Below, piece by piece: positions 17,177 through 25,914 of a stretch of 32,000 bases of DNA. The DNA is from Lachnospiraceae bacterium (GTDB taxonomy: Bacteria; Bacillota; Clostridia; Lachnospirales; Lachnospiraceae), in the NCBI GenBank assembly GCA_029338675.1, contig JAQYAV010000058.1:23256-55255 (forward strand), read 5' to 3'. Each line of letters starts with the position of its first letter. Position 1 is the first letter of the stretch. Below the pieces are notes generated by a model. It saw only the letters and a list, made by a program, of their open reading frames with translations. It had not been told where the DNA came from and searched no databases. The position numbers and the translations under genes are program-made.

Positions 17177-17291
17177 ATCATATGTTATTTTAATAATTAT
17201 TTTTTAATACATTTTAATAATTATTTTTCAATAAAGAATAATGACATTTTTAATAAAATGTGGTATAGTAATCTTTGTCTGAAGATTTTTT

Positions 17292-17330
17292 ATAGCTTAT
17301 CTTGAAGGAGATAAGCTATTTTCTATTCTT
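17292..17330 (+). terminator. Intrinsic terminator
   Basis: atagcttatct-tgaagg-agataagctat gives an 11-bp perfect stem, followed by tttctattcttt. Confidence 0.6.
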
Positions 17331-17511
17331 TGAGTGCTTCAATTACTATAATTACTTTAATTTGTTTTGACTGATAATGTGCGAAAGTATTTGAATTTAG
17401 TATTAAACTGAATAAATCAGATGACACAAATAAGCATCGCGAAATTTAATTATTTATATTTTATATAGATACGAGTTTATTTGAGATAATAGGTTAAGGG
17501 AGGAAGGTCTT

Positions 17512-19488
17512 ATGTATAACAAGAGAATTAGACCAGATGAGCGTCCAGTTTTTCCAAAGAGATGTGTAATTACTGGCGGTATGCCTTATGGAAATAAAGA
17601 GCTCCACTTTGGACATGTTGGTGGAATGTTTGTCCATGCAGATATATATGCAAGATTTATGCGTGATAGAATTGGTAAGGACAATGTAATTTTTGTTTCA
17701 GGAACAGATTGTTATGGCTCTCCAGCGCTAGAGAGCTATCGAAAGCTAAAGGAATCAGGATACGATAAGTCTATTACTGATTACGTAAAGTCTAACCATG
17801 ACAGTCAGACTGATACTTTGAAGAGATATGAGATTAGCTTGGATTTCTTTGGTGCATCAGCACTTGAGCCAGCTGCTAAGATGCATAACAAGACTTCGGC
17901 AGAGATATTTGAATCATTATACAAATCAGGTCATTTGGAGAAGTTATCTACTCCTCAATTCTATGATGATGAATTAGGTGTATTCTTAAATGGTCGTCAG
18001 GTAATGGGAAGATGTCCTATTGAGGGCTGTACTTCTGAGAAGGCTTATGCTGATGAGTGTTCGTTAGGACATCAGTATATGCCAAGTGAATTAATTAATC
18101 CAATAAGTGTATTATCTGGAAAGAAACCTTCATTTGTTGATGTTTCCAATTGGTATTACAAGCTAGAGGATGACATTGATGTCTTAAAAGAAAGAAATGA
18201 TATGTTAAAGGCACAGTCTAATAGAAGAAAGTATGAGCTTACAATTATTGATGAATTTCTTAATAAGCCACTTGTTCATATTCCTAAGAAGTACCTTGAG
18301 GATAAGGATCAGGAGGCTTTACTTGCTCAGTTCCCAGAACATGAGTTGGTAGATGAAGAAAAGCGTAAGTCTCTTATGTGCATTTTTAAATCTTTAGAGG
18401 ATCGTGATGTTGCTAGAAGAGTTCTTGAGGAAAATGGTGTTCACTATACAGCAGGTAAGACGTTAGTTCCATTTAGATTATCTGGAAATGTTGAATGGGG
18501 CGTTCCTATTCCTAAGATTGAAGATGATGAGGAGCTTACATTCTGGGTTTGGCCAGAATCACTATGGGCACCGATTTCATTTACAAGAGCATACCTTGAA
18601 CAAAAAGGACTCCCAGAGGATGAGTGGCAGAAATGGTGGAATGATGATGATGCAGTAGTATATCAGTTTATTGGAGAGGATAATATTTACTTTTATTCAA
18701 TTGCCGAGATGGGTATATTTAATGCCTTAGGCAATGTTAAATATCCACACATTATTCCTAACAGACACATTTTGTTCATGGATTCAAAGGCAAGCAGTAG
18801 CTCTGAAATTAAGCCACCAATGGCTAAGGAATTGTTAGAGCATTATTCCGTAGATCAGTTAAGAATGCATTTTTGTTCATTAGGATTATCTAATAAGAGT
18901 ACAGGTTTTAAGCCACAGGTTTATATGCCAGAAGAAGAACGTGTAGGAGCTGATATAGTATTAAAAGAGGGAAACCTGTTAACTAATGTATTTAACAGAT
19001 TAATTAGATCATGTTTTTATACAACTCAAACTGATTTTGGAGGAAAGATTCCAGAAGGCGAATGTTCAGAGTGGATAAAGACTCTTTCTGAAAAGAAGGT
19101 TTTAGAGTATGAGAGACATATGTATAATCACGAGTTTCACAGAATTTCTTATGTGCTTGATGAGTATATAAGAGAGGTTAACAAGAACTGGGCTGCAAAG
19201 AGTCGTGAAGCAGACAAGAATAACGATATGGAATTAAAGAAGTCATTATTAATTGATACATGGTATGCATGTAAGATTATGGCAATTTTAGTTCATCCAG
19301 TTGCACCTGATGGTTGTGAAATGTTCAGAGAGTATCTTAATGTTGATGAGAAGCTATGGAGCTGGGATTATATTCTTGAACCATTAACTGCTTATGTTGA
19401 TTCACTTAACTCACATGAACTTAAATTCTTAGAGCCAAGAATTGATTTCTTCAAGAAGCCAGAGTGGCAGTTTGGAGAGGCAAAGTAA
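17512..19488 (+). CDS. metG: Methionine--tRNA ligase-like class I aminoacyl-tRNA synthetase
   Basis: HIGH-type HFGH, a connective-peptide knuckle (CPIEGC...ECSLGH), WPESLWAPIS and FIGEDNIYFY blocks. SKASSS occupies the KMSKS position. The overall layout resembles the Bacteroides-type MetRS as I recall it. Confidence 0.65.
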   Translation: MYNKRIRPDERPVFPKRCVITGGMPYGNKELHFGHVGGMFVHADIYARFMRDRIGKDNVIFVSGTDCYGSPALESYRKLKESGYDKSITDYVKSNHDSQTDTLKRYEISLDFFGASALEPAAKMHNKTSAEIFESLYKSGHLEKLSTPQFYDDELGVFLNGRQVMGRCPIEGCTSEKAYADECSLGHQYMPSELINPISVLSGKKPSFVDVSNWYYKLEDDIDVLKERNDMLKAQSNRRKYELTIIDEFLNKPLVHIPKKYLEDKDQEALLAQFPEHELVDEEKRKSLMCIFKSLEDRDVARRVLEENGVHYTAGKTLVPFRLSGNVEWGVPIPKIEDDEELTFWVWPESLWAPISFTRAYLEQKGLPEDEWQKWWNDDDAVVYQFIGEDNIYFYSIAEMGIFNALGNVKYPHIIPNRHILFMDSKASSSSEIKPPMAKELLEHYSVDQLRMHFCSLGLSNKSTGFKPQVYMPEEERVGADIVLKEGNLLTNVFNRLIRSCFYTTQTDFGGKIPEGECSEWIKTLSEKKVLEYERHMYNHEFHRISYVLDEYIREVNKNWAAKSREADKNNDMELKKSLLIDTWYACKIMAILVHPVAPDGCEMFREYLNVDEKLWSWDYILEPLTAYVDSLNSHELKFLEPRIDFFKKPEWQFGEAK

Positions 19489-19528
19489 AAGATAGATATA
19501 TATTATTCACATCATTAATAGGTTGTGG

Positions 19529-19570
19529 GCAAAGAAGAGTTTGCAATATACCAAACTCTTCTTTGCTTTT
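19529..19570 (+). terminator. Intrinsic terminator after the MetRS-like gene
   Basis: gcaaagaagagtttg-caatatac-caaactcttctttgc gives a 15-bp perfect stem plus tttt. Confidence 0.75.
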
Positions 19571-19820
19571 AAAGATTTATTACTAAAGTTATATTTATTT
19601 TTTACGTTGCCTATACTGTAAGAGATTATATTATAGGCATAGCGTATTATATTTGTAATTTTATTAATATCTTTTGTATTTAATTTACATTTAAATACCA
19701 TAATGCTAATATATAAAGGAAACTAGCATGAACAAAGTTAATACTTAGGAATTGTTTTTGGAACATGCCACCTAGAGAAGGTAAGGGGCGTAAAGAATAT
19801 GTTCAGAAAGGTAATGTGAT

Positions 19821-21236
19821 ATGAGAAAAACAAAAATTATTTGTACAATTGGACCAGCAAGTGAGAGCAAAGAAGTTCTAACAAAAATGTGCGAAGCCGG
19901 AATGAATGTGGCCAGACTTAATTTTTCACATGGAACCCATGAAGAACACCAGAAGAAGATTGATACGATTAAAGAAGTACGAGAGAGTCTTAATATGCCT
20001 ATAGCTATTATGCTTGATACTAAAGGACCAGAGTATAGAATTAAGACATTCAAGGATGAAAAGGTTACTCTTGAAACAGGAAAGCAATTTATTTTTACTG
20101 TTGATGATGTTGAGGGTGATGAAACTAGAGTGTCTGTTAGTTACAAGAATTTGGTAAATGAACTTAAAATAGGAGATACTATTTTAGTAAATAATGGTCT
20201 ACTAATTTTTAAAGTAAAAGAGTTAAAGGGTAATGATGTAATTTGTGACATAATCAATGGTGGGGTCATCTCTAATAGAAAGAGTATGAATTTCCCTAAT
20301 CATGTAATGACTGGAGATTATTTAAGCGAGCAGGATAAGAGCGATATTTTGTTTGGAATTCAAAATGATGTTGATTTTGTTGCTGCTTCATTTGTTTCAA
20401 ACAAGAGTGATGTCAAGGTGCTTAGAGATTTCCTTAATGAAAATGGTGGAGCAGATATTGATATTATTGCCAAAATTGAGAATCGTGCTGGAGTAGATAA
20501 TATTGATGAAATCTGCGAGATTGCTGATGGTGTAATGGTTGCAAGAGGAGATCTTGGAGTTGAGATTCCATTTGTTGAAGTTCCTTCAATCCAGAAATAT
20601 TTAATTAAGAAATGTCGTTTGTTAGGCAAGCGAGTTATTACAGCAACTGAAATGCTCGAGTCAATGATTTATAATCCTAGACCTACAAGAGCTGAGATAT
20701 CGGATGTTGCTAATGCTGTATATGATGGTTCTTCGGCAATAATGCTTTCAGGAGAGTCTGCTGCTGGAAAATATCCTGTTGACGCAGTTAGAAATATGGC
20801 AGAGATTGCAGAATATACTGAAAAGAATATTGATTATGTAAATAGATTTAACACAACTGATTATGTGATAAAGAGCAATATTGATGCGGTTTCACATTCT
20901 ACTTGTTCCATGGCAATTGATACAAAGGCAAAGGGGATTGTTATTAGTTCCCTTTCAGGTATGACTGTTAGAATGGTAAGCAGATTTAGATGCCCTGTAG
21001 ATATTATTGGAATGACTACTTCAGAAAAGGCATGGAGAAAGCTTAACTTAAGCTGGGGTGTTACACCAGTACTTAGTGAAGAATTTAATTCCGTTGATGT
21101 TATGTTTTATCATGCAGTAAGACACGCCAAGGAAGTATTTAAGCTTGCACCAGGAAGTAATGTAATATTAACTGGAGGACAGGCAAGTGGCAAGTCTGGA
21201 AATACTAATACTATAAGACTAGAAACAGTTAATTAA
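19821..21236 (+). CDS. pyk: Pyruvate kinase
   Basis: MRKTKIICTIGPAS..., NVARLNFSHG, MVARGDLGVEIP and TATEMLESM are canonical PK motifs. 471 aa with no extra C-terminal PEP-utiliser domain. Confidence 0.95.
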   Translation: MRKTKIICTIGPASESKEVLTKMCEAGMNVARLNFSHGTHEEHQKKIDTIKEVRESLNMPIAIMLDTKGPEYRIKTFKDEKVTLETGKQFIFTVDDVEGDETRVSVSYKNLVNELKIGDTILVNNGLLIFKVKELKGNDVICDIINGGVISNRKSMNFPNHVMTGDYLSEQDKSDILFGIQNDVDFVAASFVSNKSDVKVLRDFLNENGGADIDIIAKIENRAGVDNIDEICEIADGVMVARGDLGVEIPFVEVPSIQKYLIKKCRLLGKRVITATEMLESMIYNPRPTRAEISDVANAVYDGSSAIMLSGESAAGKYPVDAVRNMAEIAEYTEKNIDYVNRFNTTDYVIKSNIDAVSHSTCSMAIDTKAKGIVISSLSGMTVRMVSRFRCPVDIIGMTTSEKAWRKLNLSWGVTPVLSEEFNSVDVMFYHAVRHAKEVFKLAPGSNVILTGGQASGKSGNTNTIRLETVN

Positions 21237-21261
21237 TATTGTTTTATATATTCACAATGTA

Positions 21262-21296
21262 CCCCTCTTTACCTGGTAAGGAGGGGATTTTTTATA
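21262..21296 (+). terminator. Intrinsic terminator after pyk
   Basis: cccctctttacc / ggtaaggagggg arms followed by attttttt. Confidence 0.7.
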
Positions 21297-21426
21297 ATTG
21301 GTTTGGTAATTATCGTGTTAGGTAATGTGTTGTTTTATTTGTGTTCCAAGCTATTATATAAAATGCCGTACAGTAAAGCTAGTATGGGTGTTAGACTCAA
21401 GAATCAATTGTAATTTATTATATTTG

Positions 21427-21466
21427 CCAGGTTATAGGTAAAAACTATAATCTGGTATATTTTTTT
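21427..21466 (+). terminator. Orphan hairpin plus T-run in the pyk-metY intergenic region
   Basis: ccaggttatag-gtaaaaa-ctataatctgg gives an 11-bp stem with one G-U pair, followed by tatattttttt. No annotated ORF ends here. Confidence 0.45.
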
Positions 21467-21565
21467 CCCATTATACAAGATAGAAATTATATGATAGTAT
21501 AAACCTATCAAAAAGATAGGTTATTACAAAAAGGAAATAAAGCAAAAAAAGTGAGGTAATAAATT

Positions 21566-22873
21566 ATGGGAAAAAAGACAAGAGAAGAAAGAAATTTTAG
21601 ATTTGAAACAAAGCAGTTACATATTGGACAGGAGACAGCAGATCCAGTTACAGATGCAAGAGCAGTTCCAATTTATTTGACATCATCATATGTATTTCAC
21701 AATAGCGAACATGCAGCTGACAGATTTGGACTTAGAGATGCAGGTAACATATATGGAAGATTAACTAATCCAACTCAGGATATATTTGAGAGAAGAATAG
21801 CTGCTCTTGAAGGTGGTGTAGCGGCAATTGCAGTTGGCTCTGGTGCAGCAGCATTGACTTATGCAATTCAGACAGCTGCTCATGCAGGAGATCATATAGT
21901 TGCAGCAAAGAATATATATGGTGGAACATATAATTTATTAGCACATACTTTACCAGATTATGGAATAGAGACTACTTTTGTTGATCCATTTGATTATGAA
22001 GGTATTAAGGCAGCAATCAAAGAAAATACTAAGGCAATTGAGATAGAAACACTAGGAAACCCTAATTCAGAGGTTGTTGATATCGAGAAGATTGCAAATA
22101 TTGCTCATGAGGCAGGAATTCCTCTTATTGTTGATAATACATTTGCAACTCCTTATTTAGTAAGACCAATTGAGTATGGCGCTGATATTGTTGTTCATTC
22201 AGCAACTAAATTTATTGGTGGACATGGTACAGCAATTGGTGGTGTTATTATTGACAGTGGTAATTTTGACTGGACAAAGAGTGACAAATATCCATGGCTT
22301 ACTGAACCAAATGTATCATATCATGGAGTTTCATTTGCAAAGGATTGCGCACCAGCAGCTTTTGTTACATATATTAGAGCTATTTTACTTAGAGATACTG
22401 GTGCAACAATTTCGCCTGTTCATTCATTTGTATTCTTACAGGGCTTAGAAACACTTTCACTTCGTGTTGAGAGACATGTTGAGAATGCTCTTAAGGTTGT
22501 TGAGTATTTGAATAACCACCCACTTGTTGAGAAGGTTAATCATCCTTCAGTTTCTAAGGATAAGGTTCAGCAGGAATTATATGCAAAATATTTCCCTAAT
22601 GGTGGAGGTTCAATCTTTACATTTGAAATTAAGGGAGATGCGAAAAAAGCACAGGAATTTATTGATCAGCTTGAATTATTCTCATTACTTGCTAATGTTG
22701 CTGATGTTAAATCCTTGGCAATTCACCCTGCATCAACTACTCATTCAGAGTGTAATGAGGCTGAGCTTCTTGATCAGGGAATTAAGCCAAATACAATAAG
22801 ACTTTCTATTGGAACTGAAAATATTAATGATATTATTGAAGATTTAGATGAAGCATTTAAGGCTTTATCATAG
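21566..22873 (+). CDS. metY: O-acetylhomoserine aminocarboxypropyltransferase / sulfhydrylase (PLP-dependent)
   Basis: Typical MetY/Cys-Met-metabolism PLP enzyme: FETKQLHIGQE, YGRLTNPT, VVHSATKFIGGHG (PLP lysine) and IRLSIGTEN. Confidence 0.9.
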   Translation: MGKKTREERNFRFETKQLHIGQETADPVTDARAVPIYLTSSYVFHNSEHAADRFGLRDAGNIYGRLTNPTQDIFERRIAALEGGVAAIAVGSGAAALTYAIQTAAHAGDHIVAAKNIYGGTYNLLAHTLPDYGIETTFVDPFDYEGIKAAIKENTKAIEIETLGNPNSEVVDIEKIANIAHEAGIPLIVDNTFATPYLVRPIEYGADIVVHSATKFIGGHGTAIGGVIIDSGNFDWTKSDKYPWLTEPNVSYHGVSFAKDCAPAAFVTYIRAILLRDTGATISPVHSFVFLQGLETLSLRVERHVENALKVVEYLNNHPLVEKVNHPSVSKDKVQQELYAKYFPNGGGSIFTFEIKGDAKKAQEFIDQLELFSLLANVADVKSLAIHPASTTHSECNEAELLDQGIKPNTIRLSIGTENINDIIEDLDEAFKALS

Positions 22874-22986
22874 ATAAAATAGACAGTGATTTTAATATAA
22901 TAATGTTTGCAAAAGGATAAAATCACATGTTTGATATTTGCAAGTGTCATTTTGAATAAAGTATTCTTATAAATAATTTTCAACTG

Positions 22987-23042
22987 CCACAGTAATAGTA
23001 TTTAGCCCTGTTTTATAAATACTATTACTGTGGTGATTTTTT
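22987..23042 (+). terminator. Intrinsic terminator after metY
   Basis: ccacagtaatagtattt ... aaatactattactgtgg gives a 17-bp perfect stem with a 13-nt loop, followed by tgatttttt. Confidence 0.75.
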
Positions 23043-23278
23043 GTGTATAATAGCTATGTTTTTTAATAAATTTATACATTATTAAAATAGTCAAAAACTT
23101 GATTAAATGTAAGGATTAATATAAAATTATATATAAATCGTAATATGTATAAAATACTTTAATACTTATTTATTAGGCTAGTTTACCTAGTACACTAATC
23201 TATGTATAATTTGTATATATTAGTATGTTGCAGAGATGATTTTTACAAAAATCTGATATATTCAAGGAGGAAAGTATA

Positions 23279-23839
23279 TTGGAGAAAAAGATGAAAAAAG
23301 CAGGACTATTAATGAATATAGCGATGGGTGTAAGCCTTAGCTTTATTTTGTCATTTGTCGGAACTTTACATGGAGGACATTTTACAGTAGGTGGCTGGTT
23401 AAAGTCATTTGCGATATCACTTGCCATTTCGATTGTTATTAGTTTTGTTGTTCCGGTGAAGAAGGTGTGTGATGATGCATGCAAAAAGGTAGGTGCATCA
23501 GAGAAAACATTAAAGCACAAAGTAGTTAGTGCTTTAGTTTCAGACCTAATTTATACACCTATTATTACAATTATTATGGTTGCAATTATGGTAGGTGGCG
23601 CTCAAAAGGCAATGGAAGCAAGAAGTACTTCTCCAGATAATAAAACACAGACTATTGAGTTATCTGTTGATGACCAGGATACACCTCCTGCAAAGGAGAT
23701 GAGAGGTCCGCAGAAGCCTAATATGGCTAATGCGATTATCTCAAGCTTGATTTTATGCTTGATTGTTGCATTCTTTGTTATCTTGATTATTGAGCCAATA
23801 TATTTTAGACATATTATTGTTAAGGCAATGCAATCATAG
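23279..23839 (+). CDS. Hypothetical membrane protein
   Basis: Four hydrophobic segments with a charged insert (STSPDNKTQTIELSVDDQDTPPAKEMRGPQKP). AGGAGG lies 8-9 nt upstream of TTG 23279; ATG 23291 is an alternative start. Confidence 0.6.
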   Translation: MEKKMKKAGLLMNIAMGVSLSFILSFVGTLHGGHFTVGGWLKSFAISLAISIVISFVVPVKKVCDDACKKVGASEKTLKHKVVSALVSDLIYTPIITIIMVAIMVGGAQKAMEARSTSPDNKTQTIELSVDDQDTPPAKEMRGPQKPNMANAIISSLILCLIVAFFVILIIEPIYFRHIIVKAMQS

Positions 23840-23969
23840 CCTTAGGGATAAGATATAATGAAAGAAAGCGCTTTATGCTTAGGTAGAGATTTATTTAATA
23901 TTATAGAAATTATTAATGGGTGTATTAGTTACCTAACTAATATGCCCTTTGGTGTTATGTGAGGGGAAT

Positions 23970-25703
23970 ATGATTAAATTTAGTAATGTATCCTACGGGT
24001 TTCCGCAGAAGGATTTATATAATGAAATATGTTTTGAAATTGAAAATGGAGAGCATGCTGTATTGATTGGCAGCAACGGTACAGGTAAAAGTACGTTGGT
24101 TGACATGATTATTAGGACAGAGGATTATCTTTACGATGGAAAGATTGAGAAGGAAGATAATATTAGAATTGGATATGTTAGCCAGTTTGTTAAGCATGAA
24201 ACAAATGATGTTACAGCATATGATTATTTGGCGGAGCCATTTGTTAATATGCTTGCCAAATCGGATGAGATATGCGCAAAGATGGAAACTGCTGAAAACA
24301 TGGAAGAAATCTATGAACAGTATCAGGTTAGTCTTGATGAGATAGATGCTGTTGATGGATACAATTATGATACGAATATAAAGAAGCAGTTAGCAGTTGC
24401 CGGAATAAAAGATATAGTTGATTTATCTATTAACAAAATAAGTGGTGGAGAATTTAAGCTTTTGTCTATTATTAGAAATATGCTCCTAAAACCACAGCTT
24501 CTTATTATGGATGAGCCAGATGTATTTCTTGATTTTGAGAATATTGTAGGTCTTTCTAAGCTTATTAATAATTATGGTGGAACTGTTCTTACAATTACAC
24601 ATAGCAGATTACTTTTAAGCCAGTGCTTTAATAAAATCTTACATCTTGAAAATCAAGAACTGCAAGAATTTCCAGGTAAGTTTAGTGAGTATACTAAGGC
24701 TATGCTAGACACTAAGATCGGTATGAGAGAGCAAGCTACTAAGGATGAGGAAGTAATTGAAGCGCAGAAGAAGATTGTAGAAAAGCTTAGAGCTTCGGCA
24801 ACATATATTGATAATCCTGCTAAGGGTAGACAGCTTAAGGCTAGGGTGACATATCTAGAGCGATTAGAGAAGAGAAAGGTAGAGAATCCTTTCATTGAAG
24901 AACATAATTACAATTTCAAATTTGCAGAAAATAGTGAGAAAGATGTAAATAATGAGAATATTAATTCTATAGAGAATACTGTGGATAATGAGAGTATTAA
25001 TTCTATAGAGAATACTGTGGATAATCAAGTGTCAAGTGAAGAAACTTGTGAAGAGGAAAAAGTGATAGCTTATAGAGAGTTGCTAACTGCCGTTGAGAAT
25101 TATTCCCTTACGTTTGACAAGGTAATATTGTCTAACGTGTCATTTGAGATATATAAGGGTGATAAGATTGCAATTGTTGGTGCAAACGGAACTGGTAAAT
25201 CCAGCTTGCTTAAGGATTTATATGAGCGTATTCAATGCGAGAAGCCTGAGATTGGTATAGGATATTTTGCGCAGATATATGACTCAAAGGATGAAAGCAA
25301 AAAGCTTTCTGGTGGAGAAAAGAATATTAAACAGTTAAAGGATATTGCAGAAAATAAAACAGATGTGCTTTTCTTAGATGAGCCAACCAGCCATCTTGAC
25401 ACTTATGCCCAAATGGCATTAGAACAGGCAGTTTTAGAATATAAAGGAACAGTTATTTTAGTATCCCATGATTTTTATACAATTGCAAATTGTGCAGATA
25501 GAATACTTCTTCTTGAAAATGGTACTTTGAGACAGATTACTGCAAGAAATTATAGAAAAAGCATTTATAAGAAATATTTTGACAGTGATATATTTGAACA
25601 GGAAAGAATGCGAAAAGAATATGAGATAAAGATTAATACTTTGCTGAAGGAGGGCAAGGCTAAAGAGGCTAAAGAAGTGTTTGAAAAGCTTGACAATATG
25701 TAA
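23970..25703 (+). CDS. ABC-F family ATPase (two NBDs, no TM domain)
   Basis: NBD1 has GSNGTGKST, ISGGEFKL and LIMDEPDVFLD. A helical linker follows. NBD2 has GANGTGKSS, LSGGEKN and LFLDEPTSHLD. I prefer the start at ATG 23970 (GAGGGGA RBS). Confidence 0.85.
   Translation: MIKFSNVSYGFPQKDLYNEICFEIENGEHAVLIGSNGTGKSTLVDMIIRTEDYLYDGKIEKEDNIRIGYVSQFVKHETNDVTAYDYLAEPFVNMLAKSDEICAKMETAENMEEIYEQYQVSLDEIDAVDGYNYDTNIKKQLAVAGIKDIVDLSINKISGGEFKLLSIIRNMLLKPQLLIMDEPDVFLDFENIVGLSKLINNYGGTVLTITHSRLLLSQCFNKILHLENQELQEFPGKFSEYTKAMLDTKIGMREQATKDEEVIEAQKKIVEKLRASATYIDNPAKGRQLKARVTYLERLEKRKVENPFIEEHNYNFKFAENSEKDVNNENINSIENTVDNESINSIENTVDNQVSSEETCEEEKVIAYRELLTAVENYSLTFDKVILSNVSFEIYKGDKIAIVGANGTGKSSLLKDLYERIQCEKPEIGIGYFAQIYDSKDESKKLSGGEKNIKQLKDIAENKTDVLFLDEPTSHLDTYAQMALEQAVLEYKGTVILVSHDFYTIANCADRILLLENGTLRQITARNYRKSIYKKYFDSDIFEQERMRKEYEIKINTLLKEGKAKEAKEVFEKLDNM
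24951..25022 (+). repeat. In-frame 36-bp tandem duplication inside the ABC-F inter-domain region
   Basis: aatgaga(a/g)tattaattctatagagaatactgtggat occurs twice, encoding NENINSIENTVD and NESINSIENTVD. Confidence 0.85.
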
Positions 25704-25796
25704 TTTTGTATGCTTTTTTGGCTAGTTTTTAATTTCCTTTGTGCAAATGTATCAATAAATGACATACTTTTCGACATTGTGGCATATGCTATTTCA

Positions 25797-25825
25797 TTGA
25801 CTATGAATATGTGTAAGAGTATAAT
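25797..25825 (+). promoter_or_regulatory. Candidate sigma-A promoter for the GGDEF-EAL / GH13 unit
   Basis: TTGACT, 17-nt spacer, TATAAT. Confidence 0.5.
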
Positions 25826-25914
25826 TATAGGTGAATGAATGTTTACTACATGCGTTGTGGTAGGCGAGGACGGATTTTAGTTGTTTAGAGAATAGGAAAG
25901 TCGAAGGGGATTGT

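Noticed and set aside
17187-17234. An apparent 24-bp x2 direct repeat (attttaataattattttt) after the FMN reductase gene.
   Set aside because: It is pure A/T low-complexity sequence and cannot be distinguished from compositional noise.
19507-19701. A 64-aa minus-strand ORF in the metG-pyk intergenic region.
   Set aside because: The translation is Lys/Asn/Ile-rich and low-complexity. There is no RBS, and it overlaps the metG terminator. It is likely a chance ORF in AT-rich DNA.
19760-19815. GAACAT...ATGTTC hairpin with a G-rich loop in the pyk leader, considered as a possible structured regulatory RNA.
   Set aside because: It is a single 6-bp stem with a 32-nt loop. It matches no RNA family I can recall and has no terminator or competing-helix logic.
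21297-21565. S-box (SAM-I) or Met T-box riboswitch upstream of metY; the same was considered upstream of metN (29200-29446) and the MetRS-like gene (17331-17511).
   Set aside because: I searched by eye for GAGGGA, GCAACC and GGUGC blocks and for a GGUGGUACCGCG-type T-box sequence, and found none. This needs cmsearch to be definitive.
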